From NCBI GenBank assembly GCA_964106915.2, contig OZ066918.1: a stretch of 64,000 nucleotides of DNA; one strand, 5' to 3'. Both the position numbers and the translations under genes were made by a program. The stretch comes from Podarcis gaigeae (lineage: Eukaryota). This document shows, piece by piece, positions 14,659 to 28,213 of the stretch. How positions within the stretch are numbered: the first letter of the stretch is position 1; each line of letters opens with the position of its first letter. The notes beneath the pieces are model-generated. The model worked only from the letters and a program-made list of their open reading frames with translations. It was not told the origin of the DNA and made no database searches.

Positions 14659-14885
14659 GGCTGCAACCCTCTACTCATTTACTTGGGTGTAAATCCCACT
14701 GAACGCAATGCAGCTTGGTAGATACTTATAGGATTGCCCCATGGATCTCGGTCATTGAAATCAATAAAGCTTATGAGCTTAGCTTTGGTTGGATCGTGTT
14801 TAAGCTGCAATCTTGTATCTACTTAGCTGGGAGTACACCCATTCAGTGCTACTTACTTCTCAATTGAGATACACAGGAGTCTGTA
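14659..14885. mobile_element. Cluster of palindromic MITE-like copies
   Basis: GGCTGCAACCCT...TTACTTGGGTGTAAATCCCACTGAACGCAATG...ATAGGATTGCCCC, followed by a further copy. Confidence 0.6.
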
Positions 14886-16345
14886 CTGTTGAGGTGCATA
14901 AAGTAAAAATCTATATGCGTTCAGGTAAGTTACGGTATACTGGACGGTGCATGCTGGAGATATGTGCCATTTAATTGTTTATCCGTTTTCCCACCCACAA
15001 AATACGCTTCCTTTTGATTTCACACCAGCTTTCGATTTGATTTGTTTCTTTTCTCTTAGGCATTCAGGTGTAGCCACTGCCCAGAATCTCAAAAGTCACG
15101 GAGTCGAAGTAGATCCGGGTCTCCTTGAAGTCACAACGGGACTTCGTTGGAGATATTCCACCATTTAAACAGGACTTTGAGTTGAGCTGCACGTCATCTA
15201 AAAGAACTTCACAAGCCATTTGCAATCTGGATCAATGAGGTCTTTTGTGGCACCCAAAAATAAAATAAAATAAAATACACGGCACCGCGTGGACTCTGGC
15301 GTTTCTGTGCCCTGAAATTAGCCCTTTCGCTTAGTTTGTTTTAGTGTTAGGAAGAAGAAGAAGAACGAAACGGGGGAAAAGGAAAAGAACAAAATAACGA
15401 GCAAGTAATTCCCTCCCTCAATCCGTTGACGTACCAACGATTGAGAAAGGGTCTTATCCAGAGATAGTAGGGTAACACTTCTACTTTCCGAGCTTCTGCC
15501 CTAAAAGCGTCTGTCTCATTTCATTCCACATAAATAAATTACAGTACGTTGATTTTCCATCATAAGCGCTAGAGCAAGTTCTACACCTGCCCTCAATTGA
15601 CGCGGACCATCGCGGTTCAGCGGGTCGGGCTGAAAACTGGCGAGTATTTGGGGCGGCAGGTTGATATACTAAACAGCAGTACATTATTCAAAGTCTAAAA
15701 AATATGCCAATAAAAAACAGGAAATATACCCGAGTATCCTCTTACGTGTATGTAAAACAGGTACTGCTCCTGTTTCCCCCTGGATGATGGGCAGGTGGAA
15801 TCTTAAATCAGAATCTAATCTGCAAGTTTGCCCTGTTTCTTGCTTTTAAGCAAGAAGAGACTTAATGCACTTTCCATCTTCCAGCGGCGTTTCTCTAGAA
15901 TCTTTCCTCTGTCATTTTCCTTTAAAAAGAAAGAAAGAAAAACGAGGGATTTTATGGGTCGGGAATGAAGTAAGTGCTAACTTGTTTTACAACCTGTTGA
16001 GCATCTTTGTTCAGCAATCGCGGGGGTGCGGGTCCGAAAGATCCAAGAGGATAAATTTCATTTTCTATTCCACTAACTCCTTCTTGACTTGAATAATTTA
16101 AGTAAACGATCTGGGGTCAACAGTCAGCAGCAAACTTTAGCCCGGATAATTTAAAGCTGCAATAATATTTAGCTGCCACTGATTTCAGGGGCAAATCTAT
16201 GTGCGGTTTTTGAACTGCGTTTGGATTATTAAACTAACTTTCACGGACTGAACTCCACAGAGTTTAAAAACCTAACGAGAATTCTGATAAATTGAACTGT
16301 TTGGGTTTAAAGCGATTTAATTCACATAAATCAGCAGGACTACCT

Positions 16346-16513
16346 GGCTATAATCCTAAACACATTTACTAGGGAGTGATCCCCATTGACCACAATAGGA
16401 TTTCCTTTAGAATGGCTCTGTGAGGATGCAGTCGTTTGCAGAATTACTTGGGAGTAAATCACATTGAATTCAGAGCGGCTTACTTCTGGGTAAATATGTA
16501 CTGGGGCTAGGGC
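16346..16513. mobile_element. Two tandem copies of a ~90-bp palindromic MITE-like element
   Basis: TTACTTGGGAGTAAATCACATTGAA/TTCAGAGCGGCTTACTTCTGGGTAA imperfect hairpin, preceded by a second copy. Confidence 0.6.
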
Positions 16514-16694
16514 TACGAATCGGTTAGGGCTAAGTAATTCCGCTTAACTTTTCTTGTGGAAGGAGCAGTCATCCACAAATCAAGACGTCTGAAATACAAT
16601 AATTTATTCGAGGGACGGTTTGTTTGCAATTGTTCTTCTTTAATCACCAGCGTCACCATCATCCGCCCATCCTTTCCTTTCACACGACACAGGT

Positions 16695-16739
16695 TATGTT
16701 GTAAACCGCCCGGCGATCTTCCGATGAAAGGCGGTATAA

Positions 16740-16788
<49 letters not shown>
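16695..16788 (+). mobile_element. L2/SINE 3' tail ending in a (TTA)n microsatellite
   Basis: TGTAAACCGCCCGGCGATCTTCCGATGAAAGGCGGTATAAA followed by about 16 TTA units. Confidence 0.65.
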
Positions 16789-16789
<1 letters not shown>

Positions 16790-18479
16790 ATTAATAACGC
16801 GCCGTGCTAAAGGGGGTGGGGGGAGGGATCGTGTGGGAGCTACAATCCAGTTAAATCGATGCCCTGCGACTAACTGGGACAGAAGTCCTACCTAAGTCCT
16901 AAATAAGTCTTGGGGGCGTTAGGTTAGAGTCTGGAGAATATTTTTTGAGGCGTGTAAATAGATACAACTTAAACTAGTGGATCTTCCAGTTTGCTTAATA
17001 TGAGATGTTATATCCTTTGAAATAATTGGACTTGCTGTCTGATCTTGGACAAGAGAACCCTAAAATTCGTTCTATTTATTCGTTCTATGTACTGTGTTTT
17101 AAGTCCTAAGCTCTTGCCTATTTTCACACCTCTGGTTTTATTGACTACGAACGCAGAATACATATACCTAAGCTGTCTAAACCTTCCAGCAATAAATAAG
17201 TCGTCGCCTTGGGAAGAACTCAAGTGGGTTATAAATCCGTTAAATAAATAAATAAATAAATAAATTATACAAAATCCCTGGCTTGAAATTCTGTTTCTAA
17301 GAGAGAGGTATTTGGCGACGCACCCAACGGGTTAAAATAAATTTGCAGAGCAACGGTAGGGATACTGTTCAGTAGGGATACTGAAACTACAGCGCACACA
17401 TTTACCCACTCCATACTTTCTTAAAGGCCATCGGGTTATTTTATTTTACTCCTGAAAGAAGTCCCCCTTGTCCTGACCTGTGCGCCCAAGTGAAGAGTGC
17501 GAAGGGGGATTTCAAAGCGAGTTTATTCCAGGGCTTCCGCTGGGCACCTTGGCCTTCATAAGACCATGGGTTGCCTTTTAAGGACTTGAGAGACCAGCAT
17601 CGCAGTTCAGCCGGGACCCTTGGGGAAGGCCTTGCGAGCCAACGTGTGGGATGTGGTCATGTCAACAGTCGATCTCAGATTTCTTGCGAAGGACTGCCCG
17701 GGGAATGAAAAATGCAAAGTTGGTAAGGCAATAGCTTTTATTGGGCTCAGCCTCTGTTGGTGTGAAAGCGTCCAAAGCTTTTGAGCTTCAGAAAAAGATT
17801 AAGCATAAGAGGAAAATAAGAAGACTTGCTAAGGGGAACAAGGAAAATGAAGGCTTGCAAATGAAACATTTCTCTCCCACCAACCACCAGTAGTTTCGGT
17901 TCCGCCAATCTTCTCTCATTTTGATTATTAACCTGTTGCCATATTATTTTACTGCTGTTATTTGGCATTTTAGCCGCTCGAAGCCCCCATTTAGTTGGAA
18001 CACTTTAGCTTCAATAGTGAATTGGAAGTAGGAAGGTGACCATCCTAAACACATTTAAGCAGAAGTGCCTGTTAGCAGAAATCAGTGGGAATGGGAACCA
18101 GAATGTACACCAGATTTTGAATCGCAAAGTAAAATCCAGGCATACTCGGAGTGATGTTAACTGGAAGATGGTTGGAATGGCCAGTGTGTTCAATGGGCTT
18201 AATTCCCAATGACTTCGCTGCAAGTGTGAAGTGGATTACCAACCAGCTTTTCAAGTCAAACGTCGTTGGCGGGTGATCAGCATTTACTAGAGTAGCTCGG
18301 AGCCCGATTCTTCACCTGAATTAGCATTACCCTGTGAAGTCCCTGGGACAGGAAGCGGAAGTGGTCGGCTAAGGCCTGCTGCTGAAGCCTTTGGATGGTT
18401 GGAGTCGGACGTTGGCAGTTCTGCCTTGTGGATTTGATCTTTCTTTCTTTCTTCTCCTTCCCTCCCTCCCTTTCTAGCA

Positions 18480-18920
18480 AATGTCAGTAGCTTGCAACTT
18501 TAGTGCTCTGCAGTTCATATTTCTTGCCCGAGGTCTATCACTAGCATTAATTGTCCCAATAAATTGAGATATAGTGTGCATAATGCAATGTAACAATATG
18601 GTTATATTCCACGTGTAGACTTAATTAAGCTATTTGCAGCCTGATGCTGCAAGCCAACGGGTGTGCAAGTGGATTAACAATGTACTGTTCTCCTATCCTC
18701 AGGATGGTGCATAATTACTTTACTGGCGGTACATATCAATTTTTGATGATTGCAGAACACATGCTCACTTTACCAACAAGCGCTTTAATAACTCTCCATT
18801 GTGTTTTTAAAAACCGTTGTTTGGAAATATTTGGAAGTCTCTGCAAACAATTTTATAGCTTCTTAGCGTGTACTTTAATGGCTCCAGCTTCATTCCCGAT
18901 GTATATTTTATAAAGTGCAA
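18480..18920. promoter_or_regulatory. Candidate conserved non-coding enhancer
   Basis: Repeat-free, high-complexity block dense in TAAT/ATTA, Sox (AACAAT, CATTGT) and octamer-like (ATTTGCA) motifs. Conservation was not tested. Confidence 0.35.
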
Positions 18921-19650
18921 AGGCTAACGCGTCGTCCGCCTCCCAGGCTGGGGATTTGGAGTTCCCTCCTGCCACTAACCCCTCCACCTCTGTCCCCTGG
19001 CCTGCCCTGCAGAGCCATCAGTTCAACTGGTGCAAGCTGGGCTGCTCCAGCTCTCCGATATGACACAAACGATGGCCAGGCAAGAAATGATATTCGGCTC
19101 TTCCCACCCCCACCCCGTCTCTTTTTCTCCCTCCCTCCCTCCCTCCCTCCCTTTCCACACCTTGAACTGGAATTAATAATTCAATGAGAAGAAGACAAAG
19201 AGCCTGCATCCACTCAGAGACTTTGCTGTCTCAGGTCACCTCGTTTTCCAAAGCCAAAAAATACAATATATAGATATATTAAAAAATCGGCACGGATCTC
19301 CATAGTGTGCCCCAGAGCGCAAGGGATTGTGGGTGCCCTAGCTCGGCGGGGTTCCCGTGTCCCAGACCTCGCTTATGAAATTTACCAACAATTCAATTAC
19401 TAAATTAACAAAACTCGATTACGCCACTGGGAGGAGGAAATATCCGACACCCCCAGAGTAGAGGACGGGCAGCCGAAGAATCTGCCTTGCCTACTGCTGT
19501 TTATCTGAGCACCGTACAATATGTGGTTGCATCTCAAAATCGCTGCATTCAGCGCTCTTGACTTGGGCTGCAACGAGCTGGGGCAGTCAAACGTCCTGAA
19601 TTGAGGCCTGCGGTATCCTCTCCTAGTATCTGTTCATATCTCAACATGAG

Positions 19651-19824
19651 AGGGCCCTGGTTCAGTGGTTATAGAATCTGATTTGCATGCAGAAGGTACC
19701 AGGTTCAATATCCCGCATCTGCAGATAGGGCTTGGGGGAAAACACAATCAGTGTATTGACTGCGTTAGATAGAATAGATGAGTCAATGGTCAGACTCAGT
19801 AGAAGTCAACGTCATGTGTTCCTA
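19651..19824 (+). mobile_element. tRNA-Ala-derived SINE with CR1-like tail (Squam2-like)
   Basis: TTCAGTGGTTATAG...TTTGCATGCAGAAGGTACCAGGTTCAAT head and AATGGTCAGACTCAGTAGAAG...ATGTGTTCCT tail. Confidence 0.7.
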
Positions 19825-20013
19825 CAGAAAGTGAGAGAGAAGCTGCAGGTCAGAGACTACACTAATATTGGGACCAACGATCTGATTCATTTCAACCTCC
19901 TTCCTTGGAGGCTTCTAAGCAGAGGTTGAATGACCATCTGTCATGGAATGGATGCTTCAGCTGAGTGTGGGATGTATTATTTATTATTAGAGCAGTCAAG
20001 TACAACATTTTCC

Positions 20014-20584
20014 TGTTGCCTAGAATGGACACACAGGGGAATGTGGCTCCAGACAGGGAGGACTTCCTGTCATACCTGCTCTGGAGCTTCCTCCCCCTGT
20101 GTGTGACCAGGTAGATGGGCATGACTCTAGCTGACCAGATAAAATGGTTGGCTACACAACCATCTCTCTCTTGAACTCTTACTCTTAACTCTCCGTCTCC
20201 TGACTCTTAACCAGCTCATGGCTTAACCTTCACATAGAATGCAGCCCACAAGCAAAAAGTCTGAAACGCAGCTCAGACGTCTTTTCACTGTAACCACAAG
20301 ATAAAGCCTTTAGTGCTGTGAACTAAATGTGAGTAAATGTGAGCAAAACTTTATAATTACTTTTAAAGAAGACTCTGTGTTGTTGTGTTGATATTAGTAA
20401 GAGGGAAATAAAGGGAAAACTTACCAGGAACAATCCAGACTGGATTAATTAATTAAAGGATTCTAAGGAACCATCAACTTGCTTCCAATAAGCTGCAGTG
20501 GGAATCTGCTCTGCTGTTTACTCACTAGTGTGAGTGAGAAGGGATAATATCGAAACAATATATCCTCTTCTGCCTTCCTTAACA
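20014..20584 (+). mobile_element. Solo LTR with 4-bp target-site duplication
   Basis: TTCC|TGTT...AACA|TTCC, 571 bp. It has an internal GATAAAA TATA-like motif followed by a CT-rich tract, and AATAAA near 20407. Confidence 0.8.
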
Positions 20585-20600
20585 TTCCCACACTAAGAAT

Positions 20601-20660
20601 CCTGCATTACAGGAGTTTGGACTTGATGACCCTTGGGTCGCTTCCAACTGTATGGTTCCT
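20601..20660 (+). mobile_element. CR1 LINE 3' terminal fragment
   Basis: CCTGCATTACAGGAGTTTGGACTTGATGACCCTTGGGTCGCTTCCAACTGTATGGTTC resembles the CR1 3' end. Confidence 0.6.
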
Positions 20661-20951
20661 CCCAAGTCATCTTCCTATGTTTCCGCAGAACAGTTGCAGT
20701 AATGCCAAAGCCGTCTTGAGAACCTGCTGGTGAGCTACAACGGTGCACACAGCTAGGTTGCCTGGACCCCACAGAACTTCTTAGAATGTAAGCTCCTAGG
20801 AGCAGGTTTACAACCTATGCCTTTGAAGCTAAGGGCTTGGCCCGAAATCCTTCCTATCCTAGACGTTCAAGTGTACATGTTATGTGTTAATGAAGGTCCA
20901 ACTCACAAGGGCGGAAGGGCCATTCCACCACTTTGGCTAAGCCGGATCATT

Positions 20952-21096
20952 AACATAAGGACAAGAGCTTGCTGGATCAGGCCAGTGGCCCATCTAGTCC
21001 AACATCCTTTGCTCACAGCGGCCAACCAGATGCCCGTAGGAAACCCGCAAGCAGGATTCCAGCACAAGTGTATTGTCTCCTCCTGCGGTTACTGGC
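20952..21096 (-). mobile_element. CR1 LINE 3' UTR fragment
   Basis: AACATAAG...GCTGGATCAGGCCAGTGGCCCATCTAGTCCAACATCC is the reverse of a squamate CR1 3' end. Confidence 0.75.
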
Positions 21097-21599
21097 TAAG
21101 GATTCTCACTAGATTCATTGTCTTGGTGACTTTTGGGTAATGTTGGGCATGCAGGAGGGCGGAGGCTAATAGTAGACAAGCTCATTGATCAAGGCCCGGG
21201 TGAACCAGAAACTTGGGTCCATGATAACATGGCTGCAGTGGTGAGGGTAATTTTAGACACTGGGTTTAGCTGTTTTACGGGCGCCCCCACTTTAGGTGAC
21301 AAAGTGCATGACTTCACTTACTTCAAAATATGCTATGTTTCTAAGCACCCACATCAGGAGGAGATTCAGTCAGACCAGGCGCCGTGCGGGTAAAATGGGC
21401 GTCGGCCTCCTATTGGCCCACGTGAAATGAATCAAGAGCTGCCTGCTCCATTTACCTTTACAACGTGGAGGTTCTTGAGATAAAATAAAATATTTCGGGT
21501 TATTGCTCCCCCCCCCCAAATTTAAGGTTTCACTCCCCCCCCCACCTCAGAATTTTATTTTATTTTTAAAAGAAAGCAGTAAAAAGAGTGCATTTGTTC

Positions 21600-22140
21600 T
21601 TGTACCTGAAGCAGGTGATGTTTATGTAGAGACATCTGAAATGACAGCAGGAGAGGAGGCCAAATCTAATCAAGCCTAATAAACCGTGCGAGTCGAAATG
21701 TCATTAAACCTGATCAAGATGAGTCTCCGAATCGCCGAAAAAGGTAAATGCCTTCNNNNNNNNNNNNNNNNNNNNNNNNNNNNNNNNNNNNNNNNNNNNN
21801 NNNNNNNNNNNNNNNNNNNNNNNNNNNNNNNNNNNNNNNNNNNNNNNNNNNNNNNNNNNNNNNNNNNNNNNNNNNNNNNNNNNNNNNNNNNNNNNGTCTG
21901 CAAGATTACACACGAGGTCCCATCTATCTGCTCTCAAACTGTGCCTTCGCCTTTCCCCGCGACATATTGTGCGACTGACAAGTGAAATAGTGCAGATAAA
22001 CCAATGGTTTAAAACGTAATAAAGACAACAGCTATTTGCATTTTTTACATTTTATTACAAAGGTAATTTACTATGACACATTTTCGGGATGTCATCTCTA
22101 GAAAACATTGCCAAGCAATTAGAGAAATGTATACAACACC
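21600..22140. promoter_or_regulatory. Candidate conserved non-coding enhancer (interrupted by an N-gap)
   Basis: TGACAG/TGACAA (Meis-like), TAATC, TAATAAA/TTTATTA (Hox/Cdx-like), GATAA and TTGCCAA motifs in repeat-free sequence. Confidence 0.35.
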
Positions 22141-24593
22141 GAGGAGCCCGGGGTGGGGGGGGGGGGAGAGAAGTCAGATAAAGGAGAATATTATGGATCA
22201 TCAGAGGTTTTCTTTTCATATCGTAACACTTGGATTGGGGGCGGGGGTTCGAGGAAGGGGACCAGTTCAGCGAGAACAGAGGCCAGACCTTAACACAGAG
22301 AGGGCATAATAAAGCAACTTGATTCCATGCGGAAGGAACGTGGAATAACTTTCTGGGTGGTTTAAGAAGCCTGTCTAGATGTCTCCAGGGAACTCTGGTC
22401 AGAGGTGGTGGCCAGGTCTATGGGTCGGGGTGAGCAACCTCCCGCCCAAGGACTCGCTCTGGCGCTGAGCCTATTCTCATGCAGGTGGCAAGGAAGAGAG
22501 TGGGGAGGGGAGAGAGAAAGGGGTGACAGAATGAGAGAAGGGAAAGAGGGCGCCTTGTCCACTCCTGGCTTTGGCCCTGCCCACTGCCCACTGCCCTGAA
22601 GAGACAGGAAAGGGTCGTGGGCCGGTTGGCAGTATGACTCAGGGACTCCATCACAGGAGGAGAGGACCACGAGAGGGTGAGAGCGCAGCTGGAGTAAAAA
22701 TTTAGAAAGCAGCCGATCTCAACAGCAACTTTTCTGCAAATGGTGCTGCGACTTCGCCACTCCAAGCTCTTCACGTGTATCTGTGGCGTTGGCTTCTGGA
22801 ATTGCTGTTTGTTTTACAGGAACGGTTGCTACTCCCAGGATATGGTGTATTTACTTCTGTGAAGCCCGAGACTGTGAATGATTACTCGGAAACAAATCCC
22901 ATTGTATCCAATGAAGCTTCCTCCCAAGGAAGGGTCTATAGGATTACCCTGGAGTTGCTAGCATGTGCCACTCCAATAAGTGTCAAAGGATGAAGTCTAG
23001 GGGTTCAATTAAAGCGACCAGCGTTCAGCAACTAAATCTTAATATCCTTCATTTCTACCTCCGCCCACTTCGCATTTCCATTCTTTGCTTAGAATATATA
23101 GTAAAATCTCAGCCAGCCTATAAAAAGAGGTTTTATTACAGAATCTGTCCAGGTCTTTTAATCGTGCATGATTTAGACAGGGGGGAAATCTTGGAGGCCG
23201 CCAGCAGATCTTGTTCCCTACTGAGAGACAGAGTGTCAGAACCCCCTTTCTTCACATCTATTAAATCCCTCTCTCCCACTCTCCCTCTCCAAAATTTGTC
23301 ACAAGTGGAATCCGATTTATTGGGGAGAGGGTGCGGTGTGGGCTGCCTTGAACCTCAAATCTGGTCTCAATAGTTTAAAGTATCAACTACCCTTTCCACC
23401 GAGGCTTTATAAACTAAAGGAACTCCTTTGACATGCCTCCAAGTTTATAAGGGCTTACTTCCAGGGAGGCGTGTGCGCATGTTAACACAACTGACGCCGT
23501 CTAAATTTAAGCTTTCGGAGAAAGATTACGGAAAATCCTGAGGAAATTGATCTTTCAAATATTTTGTTCAGCAAGAGTTTGGTTTCCTTGCGGCAAATTC
23601 AGAAGGAGTTGACCCCTCCGTGCTCCCTCATTCTAAGGTTTTGTGGCTTTCAGCTAACACGCGAATCCAAACTATATATCCGGAGTAAAATCCCACTGAT
23701 TTCAGCTGGTCCTGCTTGCCAGTGGAACCTGCTTAGGGTGCCAGGCCTCAGGCTGACCTTAACCCAGTGCCTTCGCCGCTTTCGGCTGCTACGTGTTTAG
23801 ATATACACCTGAGATGTTAAAACACATAACGTATGGAAAGGACATCCATGGGTTTACAAGCAGCTGTGTCACACAGGTACGCACTACAGGGAGAAATGTT
23901 TGACTGAAACTCTTTTTTTTAAAAAAAAAAAAGTCTATTTGTCGACAAACTCGGGTATCTTTTTGCGTAACGTGTGAAGCGGCTCTTAGGATGGAGATTG
24001 ATTTTTCTCTCCGGTCTGGTCCTCAGGGAAGATTGCCTTATACATCTTATGTGCAGAGGTCAAGACCCAAGAGCTTTTGACCAGCAAGGAATAAAGGGCA
24101 TCTTGGGAAATGTGTCTCTCCTTGAAATATCCCTATTCCGCACCACCGCTCCAATTGTTAGTTTGCACTTATGGATGAGATTAGGGAGGCTGTGAGGTCC
24201 TTACTCCTCTTTCTGCAGCATCTCCTCAGCGAGTCTCCCTTTCCCCGCCTTGGTCCGCTTGCAGCGCGGGTCCACCACGTGCCGCCTAAGGTCAAGGGAA
24301 GGGCGTTTCCTGGCTGGTCGAGTCTGATGCACCGGCTGCAGGACTTGGAGACTGGACAACTGGGCGGTAATAAAGAAGAAACACTGTGACTCTGGGAGGG
24401 GGGAATCTGGACTGTGAACTGGCCAAAGAACTTGGGTAAATCCCAGGAAGAAATCCCCCNNNNNNNNNNNNNNNNNNNNNNNNNNNNNNNNNNNNNNNNN
24501 NNNNNNNNNNNNNNNNNNNNNNNNNNNNNNNNNNNNNNNNNNNNNNNNNNNNNNNNNNNNNNNNNNNNNNNNNNNNNNNNNNNNNNNNNNNNN

Positions 24594-24808
24594 CGCCTTT
24601 CACTCCCCTTCAGGAGTCTCAAAGCGGCTAACATTCTCCTTTCCCTTCCTCCCCCACAACAAACACTCTGTGAGGTGAGTGGGGCTGAGAGACTTCAGAG
24701 AAGTGTGACTAGCCCAAGGTCACCCAGGAGCTGCATGTGGAGGAGCGGAGACTCGAACCCGGTTCCCCAGATTACAAGACTACCGCTCTTAACCACTGCA
24801 CCACACTG
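24594..24808 (-). mobile_element. Young tRNA-derived CORE-SINE (Squam3-like, lacertid-type)
   Basis: The reverse complement reads CAGTGTGGTGCAGTGGTTAAGAGC (A box)...GGTTCGAGTCTCC (B box)...GGGTGACCTTGGGCTAGTCACA (CORE)...GCCGCTTTGAGACTCC. The tail runs into an N-gap. Confidence 0.85.
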
Positions 24809-27138
24809 AGAATTTCCCACTGGGCGGCCGGTACCTTCCTCGGCCAGCAGAGTCCAAGTTCGCCCCTTCGAAGTGGCCGGCGCCTTTGGAGGTTTACCGG
24901 ACGTGTCAGCCCCGCCGGGCCGGCCAATCGCTGGGTAACAAATGGCCACGGTGAAAAGACCACATTGTCCTCTGGGCGCAGCAATCCATAAGTGGCCCCG
25001 CTTCTGGCTGAATGGCCGGTGTTTTGATGACTTATAGTATATGCAAAAACAAACTTTCCCGCGGTGGCCTTTTTAAAAGGGGGTGGGGAGAATCCGTCAT
25101 GCTTTCCTTTCCCAAACAGCCCCGATTATTTTAAAAAGAAAAGGAGGGGGGCGAAAGAACACCCCGAAATGATAAATCGCGTGGCAAAGCTAATGGCTGG
25201 AGGGCGCGTTTACCAATTCATAATCATTTATTCTTGGTGATGTATGACCCTTACTCTTAAATCTCAAAAGCTTCTATTTGAAGGTGTAAATAGCTTTCCC
25301 CCCCCCCCTTGCAGTAAACCTTCCTGCATTAGCAGTGANNNNNNNNNNNNNNNNNNNNNNNNNNNNNNNNNNNNNNNNNNNNNNNNNNNNNNNNNNNNNN
25401 NNNNNNNNNNNNNNNNNNNNNNNNNNNNNNNNNNNNNNNNNNNNNNNNNNNNNNNNNNNNNNNNNNNNNNNNNNNNNNNNNNNNNNGCCGTTATTTTCTC
25501 TTAGACCCCCGCGGTTGTTATACATCGAATTAAAAAGTGGTCTTTTAGCATCATTTTTTTTTTTCTTCCAGTGGCAACTAAACGCCATTTAATGGGAAAA
25601 ACAAATGTTGACATGCCTCTTTGAAGGAAGTGTATTTCCTGGCAAGACATCAAAGTGTTTTAAACTGTATTGGCGGGCGGGGGCGGAAAGCGGGCTGGGC
25701 GAGATCTTGGTTTTCTATTAGTCCAAGCCTACGGTAATGTCAGAAAGAAACCGCTTGGTGTTCCTAGAGGGGAGGGAAGACGAAAGAGAAAGGTGGAGAG
25801 AGGGGAAGCTGGCTGGAGGTTTTTGCTGGATCCAGGTATACCTGGGGATTTGAGTCATGTTAGGTCACCACCAGGCAGCGATGGCTGCTCAGATTCTGAA
25901 ACCGCGAGTGCACGCCCCGAATTGGTGCATAGCAAAGGAGAGCAGTGCATGCAACGCGAGAAAGTTAGCCAATGCAACTGGCACATGTCAGAAACCGGAA
26001 GGAGGGATTCCTGGGATGAGAGGGTCAAGGCCGCCCATTTCATTACCAACAGCATTTTGAATCCACGTTGATTTCAATGGTCATGAAATCTGGTGCCGCT
26101 GCTCTGGCTCTGTAATCGATGAAAGCTAGAAGACGCTGAAGCTGAACCGTCAAGACACGTTGAGGAAGACCGCCGAGACAGGAGGTCTCCAGGAAGGGGA
26201 AGGAGAGTTCATGCTAACTCCCAGCAACTTCTGTTGGATATGTTAAGGATTTGGGCGGAGTGGCTGAGTTTGAAGACCATTTGTTGTGTTCCAGGAATGA
26301 TGGTCCAATAATAGCCAAGGAATATAGTCCTCAGTCCACCTGAGATCTGTAATACATTTGGGTGAGTGGGAGTTAGCCCACTCGTTCCTAAGCTTTTGCA
26401 GGAAAGTCAATTGAAATGACCGACCTAGGCCTGTTCACACCTGACTTATGTAAGTGCAAAGTGTGAAGGCATTCAGTTTGTTGGGAATTATTTGTCTCTC
26501 ACGACCACGTTTGTATAGTTGAGGTCAGGGAGGCTCCCTTCCAGTCGAACTTCGGGGTCCCTACTGGAGACTTTAAAAAAGAAAATCCAGCAGGCATTTT
26601 AATTGAAGTCTTATTTTATAGTTTTAACCGAGTTTTACCTTTTCTGAATTGGAATTCATGCACACTGCTCACAGATGAATGTTGTTAAGCGGTACATAAA
26701 TCATCTAATGAAACAAAATAAAGAGTCAAAGTGGCAGGACTGATTGCAGCTACGAGTTGAGTATCTCTACCGGTGAATCACCTGTGTTTGTTGCTGCCTA
26801 ATGTGCGGGATGGCTCTTACCTGACGGGGGCGGTGTCATCTTGCAACAATCATAACCTGAGTTTATCTCAGCTGGAATGTCCAAGCCCTCTCATTTGAGA
26901 ATGAGGACACGGTCACAAGGAAGGGTCTGCCACTGGAAGCTTATCCGTAGAGAATGTTGGGGAGGGAGCTGTAATAAGGACACCATGACTCCCTCTCCCA
27001 CAGAAAGCTCAACCTCAGAGCACCCTTTTAAGATGGATCACTTAAAAACGAAGAATATCCCGTTTGCATTAGCCTATCGGGAAAGAAGAGAAGCATCTTT
27101 ATATTAAGATTTTTCAGAATACAGACTTGGGGGAAGGG

Positions 27139-27139
<1 letters not shown>

Positions 27140-27184
<45 letters not shown>
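27140..27184. repeat. (GA)n microsatellite
   Basis: Seen directly. Confidence 0.95.
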
Positions 27185-27188
<4 letters not shown>

Positions 27189-28109
27189 AACCAGTCTTCA
27201 CTCCAAAAAACACATAATTGTTCCTCAGAGATGTTCAGAGAAAAATGTCTAGAGGTGCTGCTTCTTTTTAGATTCTACACATCCAGCCTGTTGTTGCAGT
27301 TATGGGATATGCCAACGACCTGTTTTGGTTTAGTCCCATTAACTTCCACCTTAGAGAGCGATCTTACGCATGGCTCCTCGAAGGTAAACCCTGCTGTCTT
27401 CAATGGCGTTTACTCACGAGTGAGCGTGCTTAGAATGACAGCCTTAAGCAGGTCTTTTCTTATTCGCCTTTGACTATAGCTAATGTCCTCTCCTGATTTC
27501 CCACCCCACCCGCCTTGTCCCTCTGCTGTTTTATTGTTGGATTACGATTCTATTTGTATGGACAAATTTTAATTGTGCCCCGCTTTGGAAATCGATATGA
27601 TTGAAAGGCGAGCTAAAAATAGAACTAAACAAACAAACAAGACAAACATGGCTACGTTAAAGAATCAGAGCAACAGCCACTGCCTTGTTGCTGTCTGCTC
27701 AGATACCCAAACGTAAACAAACCTCGCCACTCCGATAGCGCTCACCCTGTTCAACCTAAGCTTCTGTACTGTATGTTTGTTTACTCCTTTCCGCTTGGTT
27801 CAAAGGGACTTACTTCCGGGTTAGTGTCCTTTGGGTTAGAGATTCGGAGTACAGTCCTGTCCATGTTTATTCAGAAGAACTAAGGCGCCTTGAGTTCCAT
27901 GGGATTTGCTTTCAAGTAAGTGCGATTAGGATTGCAAACCCAGTGACAAGGGTTGCGCCTGATTTGTGCTTTAAAAACAACAACGAGGTTTCCTGTTACA
28001 CAGGATTCTTCAGCTACAGTTGACTGGATGATTAAAATAAAAAAGCAAATAAAGTAAATAAAATATATTCTCATTGTTGGCCCCCAGTTGCTTTTTAGAA
28101 AGACAGGCA

Positions 28110-28111
28110 CA

Positions 28112-28154
<43 letters not shown>

Positions 28155-28213
28155 GCTGTTGTTATTAGTAGTAGTGATAATAGTAGTAGTAATAATAATA
28201 ATAGCAGTAGTAT
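28110..28213. repeat. Compound (TAT)n/(TAG)n/(TAA)n microsatellite
   Basis: Seen directly. Confidence 0.9.
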
